Shown: positions 49,193 to 60,800 of the stretch, piece after piece
Position numbering within the stretch: position 1 is the first letter of the stretch
Layout of the letters: every line of letters begins with the position of its first letter
Origin: Candidatus Bathyarchaeia archaeon
GTDB taxonomy: Archaea > Thermoproteota > Bathyarchaeia > Bathyarchaeales > Bathycorpusculaceae
NCBI GenBank assembly: GCA_049515895.1
Contig: JBEKTQ010000009.1
Coordinates: 38,720-102,719 of the forward strand
DNA: 64,000 bases
Reading direction: 5' to 3'
Position numbers and translations under genes: made by a program
The notes under the pieces: model-generated
Told to the model about the DNA's origin: nothing
The model's database searches: none
What the model saw: the letters and a program-made list of their open reading frames with translations, nothing else

Positions 49193-50411
49193 ATGGCTTT
49201 GAACCGAAGATATCTCATTTTAGCTGCCGCGTTGCTTATTGCTTTGATTTCTGTTTCGCTTTTTCTAAGCCTTAACCCCAGCAAGCAGGTTTCGAGTAAG
49301 CCTTTCTATCTTGGGGTTGAATTTGCTTACGGCAGCCAATTCTCACAGGTTAAAGCCTTAGTTGACAAAGTTAAGAGTTACACGAATCTTTTGGTCATAG
49401 GCTCAGTTCTTTTGACGTTTAACAGGACGGCTCTGGACGAGTCTTGTGACTACATTGACAAGTCAGGATTGAACTTCATTGTTTTGATTACCAGCTATCC
49501 AATGTACAACAGCACCTTTGGATATCCAGGAAACGACACGATTTTTGACTGGATGGGCAATGCCACACAGAAATATGGCAATCATCTGCTGGGCTTCTAC
49601 AGGTACGATGAGCCGGGCGGAAACCAGATCGATAACGCAAAGTTTCAACTTGTCCACAGCGCATCAAGTCAAGATGAGGCATCCGACGAGTACGTTTACA
49701 ATTTAGGAGGGATAATTCACTTTTATGCAGCCTATGGCGGCAGGATTGCAGTGACTCATGCGAAGATTTTCACCTCGGACTATGGCTTTACTGGTTCGAT
49801 TACGCATCGGGGTACAAGCGCTGTTTTCGGTGAGTTCGTGGGAAACCAAAGCAGGCAGACCACTATCGCGTTGGACAGAGGTGCAGCCAAATCTTTTGGG
49901 AAGCCTTGGGGCGTCATTATAACTTGGAAATACAATAATAATCCGTTCCTGGAATCGAATTATTCCATGTACGTTGATCTTGCACAAGCTTACAGCGCCG
50001 GAGCCCACTTACGAGGTGGTTTTTAGCTACCCCAATGTGACCGTTCCTGGCCACATCAACGAAACAGTCCCCGACTCTTATGGCACATTAACCCCAGAGG
50101 ACCTAAACACCCTGCAAAAGTTCTGGACAGACATCTACACGAACCCAGGGCAGTTCGGATCAAACCCCGCTGACGCAGCATATGTGGTGCCTAACAACTT
50201 TGGGTTCGGCTTCCGAAGTGAAGGCGACACAATCTGGGGGCTATTCCCAGCCGCTAGTGACTCGTACACTGCTAAAATATGGGGCGACACCCAGTTTTTG
50301 ATGATGAAGTACCCTGACCAGCTGAACATCATTTACGATAACCAAACAATTATCAAGCCCACGCTGAAGGCATACACAAAAGTGTTCTACTACAATCATA
50401 ACGCAATGTGA
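49193..50411 (+). CDS. Membrane-anchored hypothetical protein with frameshifts
   Basis: 49193-50026 and 49974-50411 join at AYSAGA/TYEVVF. An apparent compensating double shift at ~49785-49820 hides LYWFDY. Confidence 0.65.
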
Positions 50412-50451
50412 TTTTTGGGCGAGACCCGCTTTACGGATAAAGCCTTTAAAC

Positions 50452-53400
50452 TTGAATGATTCATTTAAGCAACCTGTCAATTGGTTCGTGAGAGCTGGGG
50501 TCTGCATATTGGATGAGAAATCACATGTTTCAGTTGAGCCTTTAAGCAATTGGCCTTCGCTTGACGCATCGGGCATAGCTGAGTACATCCGCTTCGACTG
50601 CTGCCCCCGCTATTTTAAGCTCCGCTTTGAAGGCAAAGAAGAAAGCAGCCACAAATGGCCTGAAGCCTTTAAGCCTCTTAGCCCCTTGCTGTACGGCGCA
50701 GGGAAAGAGCTGGAAGACAAAACTGTCCAAATCCTAAAGGCCAAAGCAGCCAGCTATGAAGACCTCCAACGCATCAGTCCAAGAGAAGAGCGGTGGGAAC
50801 GTGCTTGGGAGGCATCTCTCCAAGTCCTGACTCATCTTGTTGAAGAGGCACTGTTCGCTCGGCCTGACGCGGAGTACAAGCCTGCACTGGTTTATCAAGC
50901 TCCCATGATGGGTCACATTGGCAAGTGGCAGGTAAAAGGTATAGCTGACCTAATTGGGGTGTGGCCAAGCAGGAATGGGAAAGTTAAGGTTCGGATTTTT
51001 GAAGTAAAATCCTCCTGGAAAGAGCAGACAGCCCACCGCGTACAGGTCGCAATCTACGTGCTACTTTTGACAGCAGGCTTAGGAAACCTCGCGTCAAACA
51101 TTGAATTTGAAGGCTGCGTAATCAACAAAGAATCGGATTTAGAAAAAGCTAATCCTGAAAGCCTCGCTCCCTTTAGGCTTGACCCACTAATCCAAGATGT
51201 GCAAAGGCTCCTGGGCGAAAACGGCGAGCTCTACAGAATCCACAACACAGCATTGTCAGAGGTGGGGTATCAGCTTTCGTGGCGATGCGACAATTGCGGC
51301 TTTAATGAATGCTGCATCGTCCGCGCCGTCGAGAAAGAAAGCGTTGCGTTATTAAACCTGAGCCGAGGAGAACAGAAAGCGTTAAGCCAATACGGCATCT
51401 CACGTTTAGCTGACCTAGCATGCCTCAAGCTCGTGCCAAAAGCCGATGACCAGCGCCCTTACAACTTTAAAGAAATTCCCGCTTTAAACCCTAAAAAAGT
51501 CCAAGCGCTCTCCGCTGACCCCGTAATAGGACCGAAACTTGACAAGTTAATCCAGCGAGCACAGTTCATGCTCTACGGAATACGACCAAGCAGTCCGTGC
51601 GCCAACAAGGTTACAAAGATGCCATGGCTCACGGGAACAGGGTACGGAACATTGCCTGAAGACAGCCCTCAGCTCGGCGCCGACACCGCGTTATCTTTTA
51701 GGCCTGAAAGCATGATCCGCGTTTACTTCCACATTGAATGGGACTACATGCAAGACATTGTCTCGATGATAAGCGCAAGAGTAAGCTGCACCCGCTACAG
51801 AGGAGAGCCAAAAACAACCTCAAAAATTATCAGTCGACTCCCCGAAACACGGGAAGAATGCATAGCTGAAGAACGCATCATGCTCGAGGAGTTCTTCGTC
51901 GACCTCACCAAAAATATCCGCGACATGGCTGCCGAAGTCGGCAGCCCCGATGAAGCCCCCATGCACCTTTACTTCTACACCCGACGCGAACGTGACCAGC
52001 TTATGGATTCAGTGCGCCGCCACTCTTCCCTCATAACAGCCCGCGCAGTACAGGATCTTTTAGGACTCAGGCAGGCAATTGATCAGCCCATGTTCAGTAT
52101 TATACAAGACGAAGTTCTGCTGCGCAAAGCTGTCGGGTACCACAGCACGGGGCTCCTGCCTACTCTCAATCAATGCGGCTTCTTCGAGAACCAACAGTGG
52201 ACCGTAAAACGGAAAGATGGATCAACGCTGAATCTCCGCCTAGTCTTCCGCGACGGCTTCTTCAACTTTGAAATGCCCTACACCAGAAACCCAGACGGTT
52301 CAATGTCATTTCTGCTTGGATCCGAAGACACCCGGCACCGTGAAGGCTACTACCCAGCGCGAGCCCGGTTCGCAAACCAGCTTCCCATAGAATACATTTG
52401 GGCTGCCAAAGGTCGGCTTGACAGCACTAAAGAGAAGGGTTTCGCGAAAGTCATGATTGAAAAGCGAACATGGTGCGATTACCCACAAAACACCCGCAGA
52501 ATCAGCGACGAAGACCTAACGCTTCTCGGCTCAAATTTGTGTTTGGCTCTGGAGCACATAGAGCGGTCACTTAGCATTCGCAACCGCCGCCTAGGCAAAA
52601 AACCAATACCTATCCCGCAAATCCCCCAGTTCACGCTTGGACGCGCAACGCTGGAGCGGAGTTGCCGTGAATTCTTGGATTTGGAGTACTTTGCGAGGCG
52701 CCAAGAACTCTATCAACACTACGCTTTGCTTCCCAGCCAGCGGGTAGCAACTGGGCGGTCGGTGATTTTTCAATGCTTAGGCGTAGAGGAAACTGAGAAG
52801 GATTTTATTGTCAAGGGAAAACTGGTTTATGAGTCTCTTGGGCTGCCGAAGTCGGAATGCACCGTAAACGCTTGTCGAGTGAAGGGGTCTGACGATTCAG
52901 GCTCGGGCGACTGGATGATCGCCACTGAAGTCCGCCATAACGAGCAAGGGCAGTATGAAGAAACGAGGCGTAAGTCGCCATCCGACGTGGAAAAATCTGC
53001 ACGCGTCATCGTTGAACGAGTTGACCTGCGAAAGATGGAGCTAACTATCAAAGCCATTAATTGGCCTAGTGGCAAAAGCAGACGATACAGCACGTGGCAT
53101 AACCATCCAACCAGCGACAGAGAAACAGCTGAAAACAGCAAGCACATGCAGCTTTTCGAAGTGGGACGCACGTACATTTTAGACCAATTAGCTGACGACA
53201 TCATCTCAGAGCGGGCAGCCACATGCCTAGACTACGCAGCCGACAACGAACTATACCGCTTGCTCGAAGCCTTCTTAACCGGCACCAGCAAGCCTTCGCA
53301 ACGCAAAGCGCTGAGCAAAGACTCCGCCGAGAAATTCGCAAGTTGGGTAGCAAGCACCAGATTCCCCCCCACCTCCGAGCAAAATCAATTCATCCAACGA

Positions 53401-54843
53401 GTTTTCGGCAACGAGCAAGTTGTCATGCTCCAAGGTCCACCTGGAACAGGAAAAACTGAAACGTTGCAGCTTGCTGTGCTAACCCACGTTGCCGCACACA
53501 GAGCCTCATCCAAATGCCGCGTACTGATGGTTGCACCAACTCACAAGGCAATCCACGAATTCGTTAACAAACTGGCTAAGACATGGCGGGCTTACTGCAA
53601 CGAAGGTGGCAGCAGCTTAGCGGACCTTCGGATCTACCGCGTTGTAAATGATGTGTCCACGGTTAAAGCTGTTGAAGGCGTTAAATACGTGAACTACAAT
53701 GAAGATGAAGCGGCTGTCGCGGAAATAAGAGACGCTTTGTCCAGCCAAGGCAAACTGGTTTCGGACGCGGCAGATATTTTCCCTCTAATTTTATGCGTTA
53801 CACCGCCCGGCTTGTATGGTCTCATGAAAAAGATCGGCGGGAAAGAGCCCTCTTGGAATGAAGGGTACTTTGACTTGCTTGTAGTCGATGAGGCAAGCAT
53901 GATGCGGCTTCCCGAATTGATTCTTTCAGGCGCCTTCATCGACAAGAACGCACAGGTTTTGGTGGCAGGGGACCATCGGCAGCTGCCCCCCATACAAGCG
54001 CACAATTGGGAAAAAGAAGACCGACGAACCATAGAAGAGATGGCATCATTTTTGTCAGCCATGGATTTCCTGCGTTTGCTTCGACAAGAAGACCTAGGGA
54101 TAGAGCACGTTAAATCCCAGCACAAAGCCGACATTCCAACTGAACGACTGTGCGAAACCCACAGGTGCCACCGAGTCGTGGCAAGTTTCCTCAAGGAATG
54201 GATTTACCACAAAGACGGCATCGACTTCCGCTCTGACCAAACCCAAACTCTGACTTCCGTGGCTCCTCCAACTGATGGGTTGAAGTTTGTTCTGAAACCG
54301 GAGAACGTTTTCGTGCTGATTTTGCATGATGAGGCGGAAAGTTTTCAGTCTAATTTGGTTGAAGCAAAAATCGTAGACGCCTTAGTGCGCAGCGTGCCGC
54401 CAGAAACCGTCGGCGTCGTAACCCCGCATAACGCTCAACGGGGCGTAGTGAAGAATCTGCTGCTTGACCACCTGAACCTGCGGGTTGACACGGTTGAGCG
54501 GTACCAAGGCGGCGAAGCCGACTTCATAATAATATCCTCAACTGTGAGCGATCCTGACTACGTGCGCATAGAAAGCGACTTTTTGCTCAACTTGAACCGC
54601 GTAAACGTTGCCATCTCACGAATGAAAAAGAAGCTTGTAATAGTCGCCAGCCGATCAATTTTCGAGTTCATGCCGCAAGACGCTAAAGACTATGACAAAG
54701 CTCTGCTCTGGAAAGGCATAGCTCAAACCGTAGGCTTCACCGCCAATGGCAAACCAAAATGGAGTGGAATGTTGAGGGACTTTTTAGGGAGACCCGCCGA
54801 AGAAGTGGAAATTCAAGTTTACACTCAGCAGTCCGGTGGCTGA
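50452..54843 (+). CDS. Cas4/RecB-like Fe-S nuclease fused to an SF1B (Dna2/Upf1-like) helicase
   Basis: Nuclease: CCPR, GIADLI, FEVKS, QVAIY, CDNCGFNECC. Helicase: QGPPGTGKT, VVDEASM, GDHRQLPP, TPHNAQ, DTVERYQGGE, NVAISR. Likely start TTG 50509. Confidence 0.88.
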   Translation: MNDSFKQPVNWFVRAGVCILDEKSHVSVEPLSNWPSLDASGIAEYIRFDCCPRYFKLRFEGKEESSHKWPEAFKPLSPLLYGAGKELEDKTVQILKAKAASYEDLQRISPREERWERAWEASLQVLTHLVEEALFARPDAEYKPALVYQAPMMGHIGKWQVKGIADLIGVWPSRNGKVKVRIFEVKSSWKEQTAHRVQVAIYVLLLTAGLGNLASNIEFEGCVINKESDLEKANPESLAPFRLDPLIQDVQRLLGENGELYRIHNTALSEVGYQLSWRCDNCGFNECCIVRAVEKESVALLNLSRGEQKALSQYGISRLADLACLKLVPKADDQRPYNFKEIPALNPKKVQALSADPVIGPKLDKLIQRAQFMLYGIRPSSPCANKVTKMPWLTGTGYGTLPEDSPQLGADTALSFRPESMIRVYFHIEWDYMQDIVSMISARVSCTRYRGEPKTTSKIISRLPETREECIAEERIMLEEFFVDLTKNIRDMAAEVGSPDEAPMHLYFYTRRERDQLMDSVRRHSSLITARAVQDLLGLRQAIDQPMFSIIQDEVLLRKAVGYHSTGLLPTLNQCGFFENQQWTVKRKDGSTLNLRLVFRDGFFNFEMPYTRNPDGSMSFLLGSEDTRHREGYYPARARFANQLPIEYIWAAKGRLDSTKEKGFAKVMIEKRTWCDYPQNTRRISDEDLTLLGSNLCLALEHIERSLSIRNRRLGKKPIPIPQIPQFTLGRATLERSCREFLDLEYFARRQELYQHYALLPSQRVATGRSVIFQCLGVEETEKDFIVKGKLVYESLGLPKSECTVNACRVKGSDDSGSGDWMIATEVRHNEQGQYEETRRKSPSDVEKSARVIVERVDLRKMELTIKAINWPSGKSRRYSTWHNHPTSDRETAENSKHMQLFEVGRTYILDQLADDIISERAATCLDYAADNELYRLLEAFLTGTSKPSQRKALSKDSAEKFASWVASTRFPPTSEQNQFIQRVFGNEQVVMLQGPPGTGKTETLQLAVLTHVAAHRASSKCRVLMVAPTHKAIHEFVNKLAKTWRAYCNEGGSSLADLRIYRVVNDVSTVKAVEGVKYVNYNEDEAAVAEIRDALSSQGKLVSDAADIFPLILCVTPPGLYGLMKKIGGKEPSWNEGYFDLLVVDEASMMRLPELILSGAFIDKNAQVLVAGDHRQLPPIQAHNWEKEDRRTIEEMASFLSAMDFLRLLRQEDLGIEHVKSQHKADIPTERLCETHRCHRVVASFLKEWIYHKDGIDFRSDQTQTLTSVAPPTDGLKFVLKPENVFVLILHDEAESFQSNLVEAKIVDALVRSVPPETVGVVTPHNAQRGVVKNLLLDHLNLRVDTVERYQGGEADFIIISSTVSDPDYVRIESDFLLNLNRVNVAISRMKKKLVIVASRSIFEFMPQDAKDYDKALLWKGIAQTVGFTANGKPKWSGMLRDFLGRPAEEVEIQVYTQQSGG

Positions 54844-54896
54844 AAAACCCTGCGCGACTAAAATGGAATATCCTAAAGAAAAAAAAGAGGGGCTGT

Positions 54897-56966
54897 TTAG
54901 TTTAGGTTTAATTGTGCTATTTGCGTCAGGTCGCTTAGGTTGGTCAGTTTGACTTCGGCGTTTGAGATTGTATAGAGTATGTTACCGATGTAGAGTGATC
55001 TGGTTATGATGTCGTTTTGCATGTCGTAGTAGCTTGTGCCTTCATTGTAGAATCCCTGGCTGTTCAGCTGAGTTGCGTTGAGGTTGGTAACTGTGCCTCT
55101 GAGCGTGAATCCGGTTGCTGGGTCGACGTTGAAGAGGTATGCTCCCTGCCAGGACTCCTCGTTCATGATGAATATTGGTGGACTAATCACAGGCGCAGAT
55201 CCCGGAGAAGATCCTGAAGAAGACCCTGCAACTCCAGTTGTTGGCACTGGAACCGGGGAGTTATTGGGTTCAACTGATGTTTGTTCAAAGTTTGTTATTG
55301 AAACGGGGATAACCAGCAAATGCTTTTCTAAGCTAAAGAGAAACGCGTGGGGGTCATTTTGCGCTAATGACGAGGTGTAGTTGCCGCTGACAAGGTAGTT
55401 TGCTACTTCCGTCGGGTTGTTTATGTTTGAGACGTCGAAGAGCGAGAGCTTGAGGTTGATGTTTTCACTGCCGTTTTCGATTGTGGTTTGTGATCCCACT
55501 CCGATTACGTGGTTTGCGTCATACGGGTAAAGGTAGCTTGAGTAGCCTGGGATTTTCAGTTCGCCTGCAACTGTGGGTGCCTGTGGGTTGCTGAGGTCAA
55601 TTACGAAGAACGGGTCAGTTTGATGGAACGTGACGAGGTAACATGTGTCATCTATGAAGCGGGCTGCATAGATGTTTTCGCCTGGCGCCATGTTTTCTAG
55701 TTTGCCGACGACGGTCATGTTCATGTTCAGCACGTAGAGGTTGTTTTGCTCGTTTTGCGAAAAGAATGAACCTGATGATGTTGTGGTTGCCACTCTAAAG
55801 TGGCCGTTGTACTCGTCCATGGAGTACTGGTTGATGACGTAGCCTGGCACTGAACCCGTGGCTTCGAAGCTTAGGTTTTGCCCGTTAATTCCTACTCGGT
55901 AGATTGTTGTTGTATCTTGACCGTTTTGGTCAGGGCAGGTTATGTACATGTTATCTTGGGAAACGAACATGTTGCTTGTGCCGCCCATCATGATAGTCAT
56001 GTTTGATGGTGCCTGAGAAGTATCTGCAATGTTTAGGCCCACAAAAGTTGTGTAAGTGAAGTAAGTGTCGTTTAGGTCCGTATAGTAGATGCTAGTGGGC
56101 ATAATGGTAGTGGCTACAGCGTTGTTGTAGACGGAGGGCAAGACAACGGTCCCGTTGTACAAGTTCGCGGGTTGACTGATAACCATGTAAACTTCATCGC
56201 CTATCATTCTAGAGTCAAAGTAACTCCCACTCATCGTGTAATTGTATTCGAGAACCGGCGATGCCTTGTCCGTTACGTCGTAGATGTAAATGAAACTGGA
56301 CACCCCGTAGTTAGCGTACCCGGGGTAGTAGGGCATTTGGCCGCCGGCAATCATAACCATTGGATAAGCAATCAAGTTGCCATAGTTGCTTCCAACTACC
56401 GCTAAGGTGTCGCCGTTTTGGCTCAGATACATGCCAGCCAAGCTTGTGTTGTTCCCCAAGGGAATCTTTGAAGCTACCGTTGGATCCTGCGGATTAGCGC
56501 TCACGACGTAAATGTTGTTTTGGGATTGTGCAGTCCAATCCTGGTTTATGACATAGATGTACTGGCCGTCGGTCTTAACCGTGTCAGCTTCGTCAACACC
56601 AGCAACTTGAACGTTCGTGGTCGAGTAGCTGGAAAGCTGATTTCCGCTGGAAGTTCCCGTGGCTGGAGCCGCCGCAGGAGCAGCTAGGCCAGTACCTGCT
56701 GGACTTGGAATTGGTGTAGTGCCATAATATTGAGAATCTAAAGGTCCACCCGTGAAGGTGTTGGAAACTTTTGCGTTAGCGATAAGGAAATTCTTCATTT
56801 CTGCGATGGAAGTGAATGCTTTGAGGGGTGAAACGTTTGAGGTCGAAACGAAAACTCTTGTTGAGTTGTTGCCGATAGTATAGATTGCCGAAACCAAGAC
56901 TATGGCTGAGAGAATTGCGATCAATGCGTAGATTCTTGTTTTGTTCTTTATTTCTTTTTGAACCAT
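54897..56966 (-). CDS. Secreted beta-propeller domain protein
   Basis: YSTTNVQVAGVDEADTVKTDG, NQYSMDEY, GELKIPGYSSYL, RSLYIG..LYTIS. Confidence 0.9.
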   Translation of the reverse strand: MVQKEIKNKTRIYALIAILSAIVLVSAIYTIGNNSTRVFVSTSNVSPLKAFTSIAEMKNFLIANAKVSNTFTGGPLDSQYYGTTPIPSPAGTGLAAPAAAPATGTSSGNQLSSYSTTNVQVAGVDEADTVKTDGQYIYVINQDWTAQSQNNIYVVSANPQDPTVASKIPLGNNTSLAGMYLSQNGDTLAVVGSNYGNLIAYPMVMIAGGQMPYYPGYANYGVSSFIYIYDVTDKASPVLEYNYTMSGSYFDSRMIGDEVYMVISQPANLYNGTVVLPSVYNNAVATTIMPTSIYYTDLNDTYFTYTTFVGLNIADTSQAPSNMTIMMGGTSNMFVSQDNMYITCPDQNGQDTTTIYRVGINGQNLSFEATGSVPGYVINQYSMDEYNGHFRVATTTSSGSFFSQNEQNNLYVLNMNMTVVGKLENMAPGENIYAARFIDDTCYLVTFHQTDPFFVIDLSNPQAPTVAGELKIPGYSSYLYPYDANHVIGVGSQTTIENGSENINLKLSLFDVSNINNPTEVANYLVSGNYTSSLAQNDPHAFLFSLEKHLLVIPVSITNFEQTSVEPNNSPVPVPTTGVAGSSSGSSPGSAPVISPPIFIMNEESWQGAYLFNVDPATGFTLRGTVTNLNATQLNSQGFYNEGTSYYDMQNDIITRSLYIGNILYTISNAEVKLTNLSDLTQIAQLNLN

Positions 56967-57038
56967 ACTTTTTTCTCCACTTAACTGTTATGGCAGCTTG
57001 TTATTTGATGCTAAGCTCGCGAACAGCTGTTCTAACAA

Positions 57039-57485
57039 TTAGAATGGCCGCATGTTCCATACGCGGTAGGCCTCATACCAGAAGATAGTGCAGACGATAG
57101 CTCCAAACGAAAGTATAAACAGGTTACTGCGGGTGAAACCGTCGAACAAAACCGCCACGTAAAGAGCAAGGAACACGGTCGAGAACAAGGCATAGAAAAA
57201 GAATCTTGGGAAAAGCAGCCTACCCAACTTTACGAAGTGACGAACCACGCCGATTTTTACTTCACCAACCAACAAGTAGCGACCGCTAACCTCCTCTTTC
57301 TGCACCAAACCCAACTCACGCAACTGCTCCAAATGATGGAAAGCGACGCTGGGACTGCTAAAATGAAGGGCACGCTGAACCTCTCGTACCCCCGCAGGGC
57401 CGCCGTTTTTTAGCAAAAACCAGTAAACCTGCCAGGCTTTGCCTCGCAAAGAGTACTCAAGCTCAGTTCCGTCACTATTATTCAA
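57039..57485 (-). CDS. Membrane-anchored wHTH regulator
   Basis: GVREVQRAL.FSSPSVA.HHL..L...GLV followed by 2 TM helices. Confidence 0.8.
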   Translation of the reverse strand: MNNSDGTELEYSLRGKAWQVYWFLLKNGGPAGVREVQRALHFSSPSVAFHHLEQLRELGLVQKEEVSGRYLLVGEVKIGVVRHFVKLGRLLFPRFFFYALFSTVFLALYVAVLFDGFTRSNLFILSFGAIVCTIFWYEAYRVWNMRPF

Positions 57486-57802
57486 TCCGCTGAACCTTCA
57501 ATGCAACATAGTACAAGATGGGAACATATAAGTCCAAGCATTAGAACAGAATGGCGCATAAGGTTTTTCCGTAAGAGTAGTTGAATCAAAGTTTAGAACA
57601 GGTGTCATTGCCCGCTAGTTTGGGACTTCACTTTGTAGTCACAAGCCAATATTAAGGTGCACTCAAAAATAATAACCAAGAAGTCGATTTATTTTTGGCG
57701 CGCGCGTGTGTGTTTGACCCCGTGAAGTTAGTTTTAACGAGAGTAAGGTGGATGGCGTGGATTTATGAAAATTAAGATTTTCATTATTCCGGAAGTGTTT
57801 TC

Positions 57803-60800
57803 ATGAAGGGATTAGTCGTTAGTTTGATGTTGCTTTTGCTGGCTGTTGCTTCGGTGAGCAGCGTCCTGGGAGCCAGCTCCTATGTCGCTGATTCCAGTTC
57901 CAATGCACCCCAGCCTCTTTCAGGCTATGTTCTTCAGGGTCAAGCGCCGGGAGACCTCCCTGTACTTGTTAACATTGCGATTCCTTTGAGAAACGAGGGC
58001 CTTCTCAGTTCTATGGTCGAGCAAGTTTCGGACCCCTCATCGCCTCTGTTTAGGCACTTCTTGACTCATACTCAGATTCAGCAAGAGTTCCTGCCAACGA
58101 ATGCGTGCAATTCGATGCTTGCTTATCTCAAGAGTGTCGGGTTGCAGGTTGTGAAGCAATCTATGGACTCCATGATAATTGTTCAGGCTAATGCTGCTCA
58201 GGTTAATCAGTATCTGGGTGCACGTGTAAACATTTACTCAAATGGTACTGACTCTTATTATGTGACTTGTGGGGGTTCTTTGTTTGAGGGCGCTTATTTC
58301 GTAGCATCGAACGCCACCGCCCTCATGGTCCAACCCCATGTGGCAACTTCTCCTGCGCCGCAAGCGAACGCAAACGTAACCTTCTCAGAAGGAGCATTTT
58401 CTGCGATGGCTCTTCAGGCCGTCTATAATGCAACCTCTCTCTACGCGCAGGGCTACAGAGGTGAAGGCCAGACGATTGGTCTACTCGAATTCTTTGGCTC
58501 CCCGACCATCAATCAGGATCTGCAGCTGTTCGATGCACAATTCGGGTTCTCAAATCCGAGTTTCTTTGTCACACCTATTGTGCCTTACAACCCCAACCTT
58601 GGCGTTTCCACGGGCTGGAGCACCGAGGTGTCCCTTGATGTTGAGTTATCGCATGCAATGGCTCCAGAAGCTGCTATTGACATGTACGTGACTACTGGCG
58701 CACCAAGTTTTGCGTATGATATTGCACAAATAGTGGGCGATGACACTGTGACTACCCTTTCGATGAGCTTTTCTGTTGCCCCCGAATGGCAGGATTCTGT
58801 TATTGGCGGATCATTGTTTTATTTTAACATGTTTCTCCCCGACCAGTACTTCATGCTGGGCTCGCTTGAGGGAATCACCTTCCTAAGCTCTACAGGCGAT
58901 GGGGGAGGAAGTGGCTACAGCTCGGGTCCAGCAGGCAACTTAGGAAACCCAGATAATTCACCATACGTCACCGCTGTGGGAGGCACCCAAACTTACTTCT
59001 ACACCCAACCAAACGGATCTGAAACATCCGTCCAAACAGCATGGTCTAGCGAGGGGTACGTGCCGAACATGGTCAATTCTGGCGGAGGCGGAGGTGGGGT
59101 AAGCTTCGTGGAGCCCAAGCCATGGTATCAGCAAAGTCAGCAGACACCTCCCTCTTATCCAAACGGAAGAATGGAACCAGACCTTTCTTTACAGGCTGGT
59201 GTTGATCCAGGCACTTACATAGTGGATTCAGGCTCAGTTATACCGGTAGGTGGCACATCAGAATCTGTCCAGCTTCTCTCAGGGCTTCTTACGTTGGTAG
59301 CCGAGTCAGCGGGAGGTCCGCTTGGTCTCATCAACCCGTTCCTTTACAGCCTCGGCAACAACGCCGCTGCTTATAACAAAGCTTTCACTCCAATCACGTT
59401 TGGCTACAACATCCCATGGACTTCATCTTATGGTTACAATCTTGCAACAGGATGGGGCAGTCCCAACCTCGGCGAGATTGCTTCTCTATACAACACCCAA
59501 AATCTCCAGCCTAATCTTATCGTTTCGGTTGGAGTCGCTAACTCCACAGGCGGGTCCCAACTTGAATTCACTCCGGGCCAAACTGTTCAAGTAACCGCGT
59601 CTATCTATAACGGAATTCAATTCACGCCCATAACTAGTGGAAGTTTTACAGCCAGCCTCGACACCCTTAACGGGATTTCCCAAGTCACCCCTATGAATTT
59701 CAACAGCACAATCGGGTTTTGGAATGCTTCCTTTATCATGGGGCAGCAGTCCGGCGTTGCATACGTCAACGTCAATGGCACATCGGTAGGAATTTCGGGC
59801 GCGAGTTTCGCCGAGATTTTCGCCGGTTACCTCGCAACCTTCACCAGTCCAACTCCAATAGACCCATGGACAACGGCCAAAGGCTTGCAAGTGAACGTCA
59901 CTTCTTCGGACCTCTACGGCAAACAAGCCCCCTTGCAACCGCTCACAATGCAAGTGAATTCATATTCGATTCTCAATAATCTTTACAGCGCTCAAGGCAC
60001 GGTGACGCTCGAACCCACCAGTGTATCAGGAGTGAACGCGACTGAAGCAACGCTAACATCACCTTATCCAGCCGGTCCTATCGACTTAATGCTGCAGGGG
60101 AGCACGTATGGATTTCTGCCGTTTACCAATGGGATTTACCTGCAGACCGCCGTCATGCTTCCTGAGGTGGCAGTGGAACCTGGGGCGATAGCGCCTGGAC
60201 AATCACTTACTATCGTTGTCTCTCCTGTTGCCCCAGTCAACGTTGCAAAGATGACTTCGTATGACACTGGCGCAACAATCGGTTCCGACGTAGCCAGCGG
60301 CTCTAACGTTGACGCCCTTCTAATAAACCCGTCAGGCCAAACAGTTGCAAGCACAAGTCTATACTTCCAAAATTCAGAAATGGTCGGCCTGCTCACGGCT
60401 CCCTCCAACGCGGTACCTGGGCTCTACACGATTTTGCTTCAGGCAAACTACGGCTCTTTGACTCTTGGATACACACTCAATGGCGCCTTCTACGGCCAAG
60501 TACTCGTTTCGAACGGCACAATAACCCCAGAGATAACACTTTCACCATCAACTCTGTATATGGGACAAACAGCACAGGTAACTGCCGACATTCACTATCC
60601 GAATGGTCAAGAAGTTACGCAAGGTGAATACACGGCTGTCATTTATCCGTATGAACTGCAGAATAAATACACAGCCATAATTTATGCAGAGTACCAGAAT
60701 TTTGAGTTGACGCCATTGCTGTACAATCCGATGCTGAACAGGTGGACCGCCAACATCACGCTGCCTTCGCCTTACAATGCCGGCGTTCTATCACCAATTA

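Noticed and set aside
50452-51330. Cas4 as evidence of a CRISPR-Cas locus
   Set aside because: It is fused to an SF1 helicase, with no cas1/cas2 or array nearby.
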